Shown: positions 1 through 8,355 of the stretch, in pieces
Position numbering within the stretch: the stretch's first letter is position 1
How the letters are laid out: every line of letters starts with the position of its first letter
IMG/VR virus record: IMGVR_UViG_3300029179_000010
Span: 1-40,666 of that record
Direction: 5' to 3' (one strand)
Length of the DNA: 40,666 nucleotides
Origin: a virus
Lineage: Duplodnaviria > Caudoviricetes
Notes under the pieces: generated by a model
Databases searched by the model: none
The model's input: the letters and a program-made list of their open reading frames with translations, nothing else
What the model was told of the DNA's origin: nothing
Position numbers and translations under genes: made by a program

Positions 1-17
1 GTTTCCCAGTCACGATC
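1..17 (+). other. Random-amplification (SISPA/Round A-B) primer, library artefact
   Basis: GTTTCCCAGTCACGATC is the widely used random-PCR tag primer; its reverse complement ends the contig. Confidence 0.93.
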
Positions 18-242
18 GGTTGGGCGTACTTTAACGACTGCACCGCACTGACTTCCATCCCCGCCGGCGTGACGTTTGCCGGCGATGCGTCCTTTTACGA
101 CTGCGACGCGCTGAACACTATCGGCAACGGCGTGACGTTCGCCGGCAACGCGATATTTGAGGGCTGCACCGCCCTGACCGCCATAGGCGCCGGTGTGACG
201 TTCGCCGGTTGGGCGTGCTTTCACGGCTGCACCGCGCTGAAC
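18..242 (+). repeat. 63-bp degenerate tandem repeat (about 3.5 units) encoding 21-aa LRRs
   Basis: Units start at 18, 81, 144 and 207; conserved core ggYgtgacgttYgccgg. Confidence 0.92.
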
Positions 243-473
243 GGTGCGCAGCACGGCTGCGGGGAACACAACCGCACCATATACGCCGTGATTGGCAAGG
301 ACGGCGTAAGCCGGGCGAAGTTCGGTTGCCAGAACCTGACCCGCGCCGAGGCCATCGCGGCCATTTCGGAAAAGTACGGCGACACGTCCGAATCTGCCGA
401 GTACATCGCAAAGGTCAACGCCGCCTTCGATTACGCGGAGGCGCACCGTGGTAAGTCACCTAAAAATCTTTAA
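18..473 (+). CDS. 5'-truncated leucine-rich-repeat (BspA-like) protein with a phage C-terminal GC-motif domain
   Basis: Frame open from 18; 21-aa units GxAxFxxCxALxxIxxGVTFA followed by RTIYAV...FGCQNLTRAEAIAAISEKYG; true start lies outside the window. Confidence 0.8.
   Translation, partial: GWAYFNDCTALTSIPAGVTFAGDASFYDCDALNTIGNGVTFAGNAIFEGCTALTAIGAGVTFAGWACFHGCTALNGAQHGCGEHNRTIYAVIGKDGVSRAKFGCQNLTRAEAIAAISEKYGDTSESAEYIAKVNAAFDYAEAHRGKSPKNL
324..439 (+). repeat. Inverted repeat, partner at 40534..40649
   Basis: 324..384 is identical to the reverse complement of 40589..40649; a diverged ~25-bp block follows, then 410..439 matches with one mismatch. Confidence 0.95.
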
Positions 474-475
474 CC

Positions 476-1450
476 ATGCAAAAATTCGGAGAGAAAATCT
501 TCACAGAAGCCACGAATGCCGCAAACGAATGGCAGCATGGCATTATCATGGTAGAGCCGCCAATGGAAAGTGCGCTGCGCCGATTCCAGAAAGTATATCG
601 TATGCCGTTTGGCGGCGGACGGAAATACTTTGAAATCGTGAACGGCGATATAACCGCCTGTCACGGGTTGACAACGTATCTGGAAATGATACCCGAGTCA
701 CCCGGCTCCCGTGTCCACCTCGACACATGGCTCAAAAAGAACGGACAATACGCCGACTACCTGTTCAAATGGGCAGCCGACTACGGCACGTTCATGCACA
801 TCCTTGTAGGCTGGACGGTTACCTACCAGGAAATAGATATGCCACAGGTTGAGCTTGCCCTTATGCGGTATATGCGCGACAACGGTATGCCTTTGTCACA
901 ATTCCACGACTACGCCACCCGCATGGGTAACGACATCCGCTCGTGGCTGCAATTCGTGCATGAGCGCGAGGTAGAAGTGTTGGCGGTTGAGTATTGCGTA
1001 CTGGATGCGCAAATGAAAATTGCCACGCCCCTCGACATTATATGCCGTATGACATTCAACGGGAAGCGCGTTTTGGCCAACATCAACCTGAAGTTCCGTG
1101 AATCGGAAAGCGCCCGCGATAAGGACACAAAGCAGACAAATTTAGAAATGCTGCTATTCAACCGCATGGCAGAACGCTTTGGGATGGAAGAACGGATTGA
1201 ATGGTGCGGAATCTTCTGCCCAAAAGAGTGGAAGAAGGGTAAGCCTACATACCTCCTCGAAAACTGCACAGGGGATTATACAATGGAAGAAATCAAAGCC
1301 GAATGGAGTTTCGTGAACTCAAAGGGCTGGCTGGAACTGGACATCAACAAACCGTTCCCTATTAAAGTTGGCGGCGTTCTGCGCTACGGGGACCCGGTAG
1401 AAGCAGAAACTGGGTGCATGAAAGATTATATCATCCAAAAAATGAAATAA
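476..1450 (+). CDS. PD-(D/E)xK-like phage exonuclease
   Basis: GLTT...AADYGTFMH...AVEYCV...ATPLDII...INLK pattern of phage recombination exonucleases; next to an SSB-like gene. Confidence 0.65.
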   Translation: MQKFGEKIFTEATNAANEWQHGIIMVEPPMESALRRFQKVYRMPFGGGRKYFEIVNGDITACHGLTTYLEMIPESPGSRVHLDTWLKKNGQYADYLFKWAADYGTFMHILVGWTVTYQEIDMPQVELALMRYMRDNGMPLSQFHDYATRMGNDIRSWLQFVHEREVEVLAVEYCVLDAQMKIATPLDIICRMTFNGKRVLANINLKFRESESARDKDTKQTNLEMLLFNRMAERFGMEERIEWCGIFCPKEWKKGKPTYLLENCTGDYTMEEIKAEWSFVNSKGWLELDINKPFPIKVGGVLRYGDPVEAETGCMKDYIIQKMK

Positions 1451-1861
1451 ATGAGAGGAGTAATTAAGTCCGGCTCAATTTCCCGCCGGGGCAACACAAA
1501 AGCCGGGAAGCCGTATGTCATTGTCAAAGTCGTGCTTGAAACAACCGAACGCGGCGATATATGGGTGTCGTCAGAGCAGGAAGCCTACGAATACATGGTC
1601 GCGGGCAAAGAGATTGAGTACGAATATGTACCCAACACAAACCCGCAGTATGACGGGCAATTCAAAATTAAAAAACCCAACAAGTCCGGCGCGGGCGGCG
1701 GGGAAGGGATTTCCCAAGCCAAAGCCACGATTGCCGTAGCGGCGTATCAAACCGCAATGCAGTTATTTGCGGAGAACAAACTCCTTAAAGACCAGATTGA
1801 AAGCGCGGCTATTAAGGCAGCGCAGATAATGGCAAAGGTCTATAACGCCGTTGAAATATGA
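1451..1861 (+). CDS. Putative OB-fold ssDNA-binding/recombination protein
   Basis: Beta-rich N-terminus (GKPYVIVKVVLE...GKEIEYEY...FKIKKP), Gly linker, helical tail; starts immediately after the exonuclease stop. Confidence 0.45.
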   Translation: MRGVIKSGSISRRGNTKAGKPYVIVKVVLETTERGDIWVSSEQEAYEYMVAGKEIEYEYVPNTNPQYDGQFKIKKPNKSGAGGGEGISQAKATIAVAAYQTAMQLFAENKLLKDQIESAAIKAAQIMAKVYNAVEI

Positions 1862-1989
1862 TGGCGGTATGGCCCGAAATCGGGCTTTCTGTGCTGGCGC
1901 TGATTGGGCTTTGGCTGACACTTACCAATACGGAACAACCAAAACCAAGACGGCCAATTAGCGACTTCAAAGAAGACGAAAGGAGTTAG
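1858..1989 (+). CDS. Small single-TM protein (43 aa), not in the ORF track
   Basis: ATGA overlap with the upstream stop; MMAVWPEIGLSVLALIGLWLTLTNTEQPKPRRPISDFKEDERS. Confidence 0.55.
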   Translation: MMAVWPEIGLSVLALIGLWLTLTNTEQPKPRRPISDFKEDERS

Positions 1990-2009
1990 ACAGGGATATG
2001 CGCGGACGC

Positions 2010-3236
2010 TTATAGCGTCACGGTAACGCCCTTAGCAATAAGGGAGACAACCGAAGCATTCAACATTCCCCCGGTAGGCTGTGCAGAACCCTTAGAATTT
2101 ACTGTGCCGTTTATCGGGGGCGTGGATGTTGACATTGCGTCTATATTTGCATAGATGTTTGTCATAACCCCAGCCGAAATCCCAGCATTCGCAGTAATGT
2201 CTACAACATACGCCGTGCCTAATGTGCCGTAAAATACGCAATTTGCGTTACCGGTAGTATTGTGTACGCTTAAAGACAGGTATGTGCCATTGGGCGACTC
2301 AAACGAATTTATTGCGCAATCCCCTATGGTAATCCCTGCATCCGTTGCGGTCATTGCCGACATATCTACGTCCCCTAAATTAAGGGAGGCGTTACTATTG
2401 ATGTTTAGCCCAATGATAGAACCCGCCATTGGCAACAGCAATGTTGTAAATCCAATCATGCCGTTTATTGTCAGATACGCATCCTCACAAGTAGCATAGG
2501 ACATATCTAAAGATGACATCCCTTTGCCGTTCTCTAAGTCAAAGGCCGTCAAAGCGCTGCCCCAGAATCCGCCGATGCCAATATGTATTGGCTTATAAGA
2601 ATGCGTAATTTCAGACAACGGGCCAAAGTCATAACTATTATCGCCCCATTCAACAATATTGGCGGTATCGTGGGATACCACATAGACCGATTGCGAAACT
2701 GCACCAACCATTTCAAATGTTATCGCCTGATAGACCTCATTTGAAATAACCTGCTCTATCGGGCTTGCAGATAACGCTCCGAACGAACAGGAATAGGTAA
2801 TTGCCCTGGCAAACCCTTTGGTAGGTATAGACGGATTATACGACGGCGACGTAACCGAAATAAGCCCTACGCTGACAAGTATTGGAAATATCCCGCTTAG
2901 GTTATCAACCATTTCAAAGCCCGTGCTGCCCATTTCCCCGGCAAAATTTGCCTGAATTAATGCCTGTGCAGGAGCGTCAATAGACAAATGCCAATTGCTC
3001 CAAACCCACAACCCTTCCGTGTCGCCGCCGTTTGCCGTGATTGTAAACAGGTCATCGCCGTTCAGCGTGAATGTCATCGTATGTTGTACCCCAGGATTGG
3101 AGCCAATGTCCACCCCATTGAGCGTTGGCACACACGAAATATAAATGCCGCTCCGTACCTGCGAACTGTCGTCATAGGCAAGTGTTGCGATTAACCCATC
3201 CCCGGAAGGAGGTGCGCCCAATATTCTTATACCCAT
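2010..3236 (-). CDS. Putative tail fibre/receptor-binding protein (PKD-like and LRR-like segments)
   Basis: Last gene of the virion operon; Ser/Thr/Gly/Asn-rich; VEWGD...ITHSY motif then LRR-like repeats (LDMSYAT, LNINSNASL). Confidence 0.5.
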   Translation of the reverse strand: MGIRILGAPPSGDGLIATLAYDDSSQVRSGIYISCVPTLNGVDIGSNPGVQHTMTFTLNGDDLFTITANGGDTEGLWVWSNWHLSIDAPAQALIQANFAGEMGSTGFEMVDNLSGIFPILVSVGLISVTSPSYNPSIPTKGFARAITYSCSFGALSASPIEQVISNEVYQAITFEMVGAVSQSVYVVSHDTANIVEWGDNSYDFGPLSEITHSYKPIHIGIGGFWGSALTAFDLENGKGMSSLDMSYATCEDAYLTINGMIGFTTLLLPMAGSIIGLNINSNASLNLGDVDMSAMTATDAGITIGDCAINSFESPNGTYLSLSVHNTTGNANCVFYGTLGTAYVVDITANAGISAGVMTNIYANIDAMSTSTPPINGTVNSKGSAQPTGGMLNASVVSLIAKGVTVTL

Positions 3237-3511
3237 TCTATCGTGATTAGATAGTTCAAGCCCGTAGGGATAGAACTGCCTTGTGTGTATTCATACATAC
3301 CCGTGATAGCATCAAATGATGCTATTGCTACTGGGGGATCAACTACGGCTTCAGCGTGGAAATCCCCGCTGCCCATGACTGGCGTGCCTAATAATGCACC
3401 CCCGTTCAAATAGAAGTTTACCGTAAGGTCACTGTCGGGCGCTGTCTCGTCAGTTGCTACGCCCACCTTTGTAACTACCCAGCCGTTGAGTTCCTCCGGG
3501 ACAATGAACAT
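3227..3511 (-). CDS. Small beta-rich virion/fibre-associated domain, probably the frameshifted extension of 3516..3713
   Basis: FIVPEELNGWVVTKVGVA; in the +1 frame directly after the upstream CCC-TAA. Confidence 0.6.
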   Translation of the reverse strand: MFIVPEELNGWVVTKVGVATDETAPDSDLTVNFYLNGGALLGTPVMGSGDFHAEAVVDPPVAIASFDAITGMYEYTQGSSIPTGLNYLITIEWV

Positions 3512-3515
3512 CCCG

Positions 3516-3713
3516 TTAGGGGCTGCCCCCCGTAGAGGAAGGAACCTCTGTACTGCTCGGTATCTCCGTCCATTGGATTAATTGTGGCTGCCGGACTTCA
3601 AGCGTTTTTTGTCCCGCAGTAAATACGAACCCAGTTGCGGCTCCTGTGATAGTCAGGGAACCGCAACCAGTATTCGTAAAACACAATGTTCCGTTTTTAA
3701 TCGCTACGCCCAT
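3516..3713 (-). CDS. Small virion-associated protein (65 aa), ends at CCC-TAA
   Basis: TAATG coupling to the upstream gene; beta-rich. Confidence 0.6.
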   Translation of the reverse strand: MGVAIKNGTLCFTNTGCGSLTITGAATGFVFTAGQKTLEVRQPQLIQWTEIPSSTEVPSSTGGSP

Positions 3714-3901
3714 TAGGCACCAACGTCTAAGGTGATGACATTGCCCTGACAGTCGGTAATCGTCACCGTGTCAGGTGTGGCAGCAAATGTGAGGGGGGTA
3801 GAGGTAAGGCAGGAATCGTCGTTCATAAAACGAAGCTGAAGGCGAACCTCATTTGTCGAGGGGTCAGCTACCAAAGTAGCCGATTGGATGTTATTTGTCA
3901 T
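3713..3901 (-). CDS. Small hypothetical virion-associated protein (62 aa, MTNNIQ...)
   Basis: ATG at 3901 lies one nt after the stop of 3903..4193, giving tight tiling; the track's longer start at 4111 is an alternative. Confidence 0.55.
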   Translation of the reverse strand: MTNNIQSATLVADPSTNEVRLQLRFMNDDSCLTSTPLTFAATPDTVTITDCQGNVITLDVGA

Positions 3902-3902
3902 A

Positions 3903-4193
3903 TTATGGATTTTTTCGCTTGAAGTTTCGAGTTTGAGAAGGGAAAACCCCGTCTTGCTGTTCAATGAGCACAAGGTCATGGCCTTTATGTCGGGTCGGCG
4001 GCGCAGAATCCTTTCCGCTATCAACTGGGATATAATGATTCCTATTGTTACCAATAGGAGAAAAGAAATAAAGCTTTCGCTTTGGACTATCTTTATAAGC
4101 ATTTCCGTCATGCTTGTATAAATTATGGAGGTACAATGAACCCATCAACAACACTAACAAAAAGATGTTGAAAGTTGAAACTTTAAATTTCAT
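3903..4193 (-). CDS. Small protein with N-terminal TM/signal anchor
   Basis: MKFKVSTFNIFLLVLLMGSLYL; ATGA overlap with the glycosyltransferase stop. Confidence 0.5.
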   Translation of the reverse strand: MKFKVSTFNIFLLVLLMGSLYLHNLYKHDGNAYKDSPKRKLYFFSPIGNNRNHYIPVDSGKDSAPPTRHKGHDLVLIEQQDGVFPSQTRNFKRKNP

Positions 4194-4825
4194 TGTGAAT
4201 GCGAAGTTAAAATGATGGGGGAGGGGATTGTCGTTAGATACGTTTCCATTTGCCTCTTTGCTTCTTCCGCATCGTATCCGGTTCCTTTAGGATGGCGTAA
4301 CAGAATACCTACCATCTTTAATACAGGCAAGCCTATTCGCCGCGAAAGACGGCAGGCCGCAACATCTATTCCCCAGCCATACGCATTCTGAGTGGCAGGC
4401 GGAACTATCTCAACAACGGCACGTTTTAGGGCAAAGAATAGGCTGTCCGTACAAGGAACAGGTCTGAATACGCCCGTGTCACAAATATGAGTATATCGGT
4501 GCGGGGAAAAGTCAGCGTCAGGAGCTATAACGCCCCATTCTACGGTGTCCTTTAGTGCAAAGAACTTATCTATGTCCGCATCCGCAGCATATACGTCAGC
4601 CTGAACAATCAACAACTCTTCTTCGCCGCAAGCAAGGAACTCCTTTTTTACCCATTCCCAATGCGCACCAAAATAGTTAAGCGTCTCCGGGGGATAGCAT
4701 CTGAACCCTTCATATTGCTTTTCAGAAGAGGAAATGACGTGAACCTCGCAGTAGCGCCCAATGGATTCCATCAGTGCCCGTGCGTTGTCCGCGTAATCAC
4801 CCCAGTTGAAAATATATGCAATCAT
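4190..4825 (-). CDS. GT-A fold glycosyltransferase (GT2-like)
   Basis: LLIVQADV (degenerate DxD), IAP, FFALKR, GWGID and terminal H motifs; coupled to the GT25 gene. Confidence 0.65.
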   Translation of the reverse strand: MIAYIFNWGDYADNARALMESIGRYCEVHVISSSEKQYEGFRCYPPETLNYFGAHWEWVKKEFLACGEEELLIVQADVYAADADIDKFFALKDTVEWGVIAPDADFSPHRYTHICDTGVFRPVPCTDSLFFALKRAVVEIVPPATQNAYGWGIDVAACRLSRRIGLPVLKMVGILLRHPKGTGYDAEEAKRQMETYLTTIPSPIILTSHSQ

Positions 4826-5433
4826 CCTTTTAGGCGATTATGGTAGTCAGGATTCTGTATATCGGAGACGAACTCTAAGTCCTGAGCAAATAGCGATTCT
4901 TCAGGCCAGTATCCAGCTACGATGCCATTCCTGACAAGTGTGTAAAGGATACCGTCGTATTGCCGCGACCACTCCGAACTTTCAATTTTGGAAAGAATGC
5001 GCTCAATACCAGCGTAGGTAGGGAAGTAAACAGCGTGAGAACCCCAGCTTTTTGTAGTGCGCCCCCAGCCGCCTATTCCATAAAACTCGTTGCCCTGGCG
5101 TGGCATATATCCCAGAAACAAAACATCCGCATCCGGGGCGTTTTGGATAGCCACCGATACCTTTGTTTTGCCTGTGTAGATTATATCGTCCTCCACAATA
5201 AGCAAGCCGTCTATTTTATCCATTACGGCGTACTTCATTATGGCAAGGTGCGACATCATGCAACCAAGCGCACCGCGCGTGAAAGAGTCGGAAATAAAAC
5301 TCTTTACTACACCATGCCGCGTGTCAAATGCCGGATATACCGAATACTCGTTAATCCCCGCCATCGCTAATTGCGCTTGGGCAGAATTAAGACGCTCAAC
5401 GCGCTCAGGTAGGTTTATAATGTACGTGTGCAT
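4822..5433 (-). CDS. Glycosyltransferase family 25
   Basis: YIINLPERVERL, GALGCMMSH, LIVEDD, YD and LFAQD motifs; start moved to ATG 5433, downstream of the terminator. Confidence 0.88.
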   Translation of the reverse strand: MHTYIINLPERVERLNSAQAQLAMAGINEYSVYPAFDTRHGVVKSFISDSFTRGALGCMMSHLAIMKYAVMDKIDGLLIVEDDIIYTGKTKVSVAIQNAPDADVLFLGYMPRQGNEFYGIGGWGRTTKSWGSHAVYFPTYAGIERILSKIESSEWSRQYDGILYTLVRNGIVAGYWPEESLFAQDLEFVSDIQNPDYHNRLKG

Positions 5434-5440
5434 ATATATA

Positions 5441-5471
5441 TAAAGGGGCAGGGCAATTACGCGCTGCCCCC
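5441..5471 (-). terminator. Intrinsic terminator-like hairpin after the head genes
   Basis: Stem GGGGCAG/CTGCCCC (5445-5451/5464-5470) followed by UUUAUAU on the minus strand; short U-tract, probably leaky. Confidence 0.65.
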
Positions 5472-5489
5472 TGATATTGCGTTGATTGA

Positions 5490-6689
5490 TTAAGCTACAC
5501 CACCGGAAGCGATACCTTCGTCGCCGTTGATGTAAGCATCCCACGCCTCTCCGCCGCAACCGTCAGCCGTTGACTCGTAGCAGACATCCGTTGCCAGTAC
5601 GGTACGGAAGCGTCCGGTGCCGAGGTTCGTCATGGAGTACAGCGAAATCTCCTGACCATTGATAGTGCGCGTTTCAACCAACACAACAGAGCCTGTTACA
5701 AGGTTGGGGTTGGTAATCACATAGCTTGCCTCAATGGTTGCAGCGGCGGTAGTACCCGCACGGAACATGCAATAGTAAGTGTTCTGCTCAAAGTCCGTGC
5801 AGGAACAAGTCGGGATTTTGCCAAACATATTAACCGAGTTCGGGTCTTGGAAGATGGTACACAGGCGCGATTTAATTGTAGTACAGGCGCTCGGAACGAT
5901 AATTGCCCCCGTTACGCGCTGAGTCAGATAAGCATATCCGACATTGCCGGGAACGAATACGGTCTGTGCATTTGCGGGAACGGGTTCCCAGTAATCAAAG
6001 GTGTAAACCGTATAATCCTCCGTAAGGACTACGCCCGCATCGGTAGCGGCATCGCCAATCCAGTCAACAATGTCTTGACCTGTACCCCAAGATACTTCAG
6101 GGGCATTGACTTGCTGCGCCGAAATGAATGCGTTACCTGCGGTCACAGAGAACACTACGGTGGCACTTACACCTACAATGTCGAGGGTTGTGCCGTTTAC
6201 CACCGTTGCCGTGAAGTACTGGCTTGCAGTAACATCCGCATTGATGGCATCCGCAAGCGCGGTGATTTGCGTTTCGCAGGTAGCATCGCACGGGCAAATG
6301 TTCGCCGTATTGTAGGAGAAAGACTGCCACGGCTGATTTTCGGTCGTGTAAAGCTGCACGTTAACGGAATAGGACAGATTCTGTCCGCAGCAATCGCCGC
6401 CTGCGCAAAGCATACGCCAACGACCTGCTACGCCCGTACCGGGACAGAATACACGGACGGTCTTGATATAGTCCCAAGTGAAGACCTTAGCCAAAGCGAC
6501 ATTGGCACCGTCAGGGATAATCACAATCGAGCCGTAACCCGTAGGCACTGCAACCCAGTTGGTTGCAGTTGACCCTGCGTCACAATCGGTAATTACCGAC
6601 CATATCGCGGGGGTATTGGCCGGGAAAGACGTGGGAATTTGTGTAGTCCCCATGTTCCCTGTTTGATAATTAATATTGGGGATGGCCAT
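5490..6689 (-). CDS. Cys-rich structural protein, crAss gene-73-like/auxiliary capsid position
   Basis: Third gene after the MCP as in crAss-like phages; beta-rich; 15 Cys. Confidence 0.6.
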   Translation of the reverse strand: MAIPNINYQTGNMGTTQIPTSFPANTPAIWSVITDCDAGSTATNWVAVPTGYGSIVIIPDGANVALAKVFTWDYIKTVRVFCPGTGVAGRWRMLCAGGDCCGQNLSYSVNVQLYTTENQPWQSFSYNTANICPCDATCETQITALADAINADVTASQYFTATVVNGTTLDIVGVSATVVFSVTAGNAFISAQQVNAPEVSWGTGQDIVDWIGDAATDAGVVLTEDYTVYTFDYWEPVPANAQTVFVPGNVGYAYLTQRVTGAIIVPSACTTIKSRLCTIFQDPNSVNMFGKIPTCSCTDFEQNTYYCMFRAGTTAAATIEASYVITNPNLVTGSVVLVETRTINGQEISLYSMTNLGTGRFRTVLATDVCYESTADGCGGEAWDAYINGDEGIASGGVA

Positions 6690-6712
6690 TTTTTATGGAT
6701 TTTAAATTTAAA

Positions 6713-7351
6713 TTATTGTGACAATGTTGTTTCTTGTGCCGCCATTTGATAGCGTGCTGCATCTTCAATAACTGCCGAAGCCTTGCGGCAAGCAATATTT
6801 AAGATGGTATAAATTACGGGAATTGGCAAAACCAAATCCGTAGTAGGACTTCCAGCCCCATCAATTACGGGTGGATACGCAATGTAATCTACCGTAACCT
6901 GTGAGGGTATCGTATCACACTTAATATGATACTCTAACTCCGTTGTGAATGTTTGTAAATAGGCGGGGAAAGCATTCGTTGGAACCTCGTCTGGGTCAGA
7001 AAGCGCAAAGGCATACCTGTCATGCGCCATCGGGACAATCGGACGCGTCCTATTAACTCGATCCCCGCCACAACCTTCCAATTCAAACACACCTGACAAA
7101 GCAGTTACGTTAGCCTTGTCAGGTAAGTCGGATTCAAGTACAGTAAGTGTACCGGGCAAAGTAACCGTTCTGAACAACGACCCGAACAACTCTCTTAGTT
7201 GTTCGTTAGTCTCTGCATTCGGACTTAAATCCTGAAACCATTCGATTTGCGCTTGGTTCAGAAAAACATCTACCTGATCTGGCGTATAGTACGGGTTTTG
7301 TACTACGTCCATTTCAATGTAGAAGAGGTCGTGCAGTTCCTGATAAGTCAT
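6713..7351 (-). CDS. crAss gene-74-like tail ring protein
   Basis: MTYQELHDLF...D...YYTPDQVDVFLNQAQ N-terminus and YIAYP motif; synteny. Confidence 0.7.
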   Translation of the reverse strand: MTYQELHDLFYIEMDVVQNPYYTPDQVDVFLNQAQIEWFQDLSPNAETNEQLRELFGSLFRTVTLPGTLTVLESDLPDKANVTALSGVFELEGCGGDRVNRTRPIVPMAHDRYAFALSDPDEVPTNAFPAYLQTFTTELEYHIKCDTIPSQVTVDYIAYPPVIDGAGSPTTDLVLPIPVIYTILNIACRKASAVIEDAARYQMAAQETTLSQ

Positions 7352-8355
7352 TAATCAACAAGTTCTTTAATACTGTCAAATAACAATTCGTTGCTTTCGC
7401 GCCACACAAGCACTTCGGCCTTAGATTTGCCGAGAACAATAGGAGCACCTCCGGTAGGAGTAAACAGAAGTTGGCCGTCGGTCTTTACAACTACCCCCTT
7501 GCGAAGGGCAGTATTGATAATCTGGTCAGTCTCCGCTTTCTTGTCAATTACTGTTGACGCTGCCTCGTCATGTCCAGTTTCGTTCAATCGCATGGACTGC
7601 AAGAGGGTCGCCGGCGGAACCGCATCCTGCTCTTTAATCGCACGAGATTCCCGTCGCAAAGCAATCATGCGCTTCACTTCCTCAATGTCTGTTGCATTAT
7701 CATGCAGCAACTGCGTTGCATCCATAAGGCTGCTGCCCAAGCGAAGGTTAGCCGTAAACCGCTGAGATAGCCCCTTTGCGCCAATGCTTACCGAGAAAGA
7801 ATTATTCGTGTCCTGAAAGATACCAAGAGACGCTCCTTCGAGCAAGAGGACTTTAGCGTAAGAAAACTTGTCCGACATTTTACGATAGGCTATATCATAG
7901 CCGAGCGCTAACAGGCGTAGGCGCAACTCGTCCGCATTGCCGTCGTTCGGCAAATCGCATTGTCCGCAAGCGCGGGAAAGCTCAATATCATCCATCGCAA
8001 ATACTTTCGATTTGAAGTCCATCTCCAGCCTCTGCTCATTCAGTTTGATACGCGCTTCCTCGCCAGCCTCTGTAAAGGTCATGCGGAACATCGGAAATTT
8101 GCCGTCGTCGTATGCGGCCTTAAGAAGGCGATAATTCCATGCCTGAAACTCATCTGCCATCTCAAAGCGATTCTCTTCATTTTTGCCCCGCAGGCGCAAC
8201 TGCTTCATCCCCTCCATCGGGCCTTTGAAGGCCCATTCACGGCGGGTAGTGTCTTGCGGGAAACGTGTTACGACGGGATTGCAAAGGATTTCCTCTGACC
8301 CATCCATGATGCGGACTATGTAAATCCCTCCCCCTTGTTGTGCTGATTGGTTCAT
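7351..8355 (-). CDS. crAss gene-75-like protein
   Basis: Immediately downstream of the MCP; duplicated A...G(I/V)...LG.S helical unit. Confidence 0.55.
   Translation of the reverse strand: MNQSAQQGGGIYIVRIMDGSEEILCNPVVTRFPQDTTRREWAFKGPMEGMKQLRLRGKNEENRFEMADEFQAWNYRLLKAAYDDGKFPMFRMTFTEAGEEARIKLNEQRLEMDFKSKVFAMDDIELSRACGQCDLPNDGNADELRLRLLALGYDIAYRKMSDKFSYAKVLLLEGASLGIFQDTNNSFSVSIGAKGLSQRFTANLRLGSSLMDATQLLHDNATDIEEVKRMIALRRESRAIKEQDAVPPATLLQSMRLNETGHDEAASTVIDKKAETDQIINTALRKGVVVKTDGQLLFTPTGGAPIVLGKSKAEVLVWRESNELLFDSIKELVD

Noticed and set aside
1-22. Genuine terminal inverted repeats of a linear genome or transposon
   Set aside because: 17 of 22 nt are a known amplification primer and both ends interrupt coding frames.
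18-242. CRISPR array
   Set aside because: Units are contiguous, in-frame, degenerate coding repeats with no unique spacers.
324-439. Diversity-generating retroelement TR/VR pair with 40534..40649
   Set aside because: Mismatches involve all four bases rather than only adenines, both copies are coding, and no reverse transcriptase is seen.
5434-5559. N-terminal extension of GT25 given by the ORF track
   Set aside because: Overlaps the upstream gene and the terminator; the family motif starts at ATG 5433.
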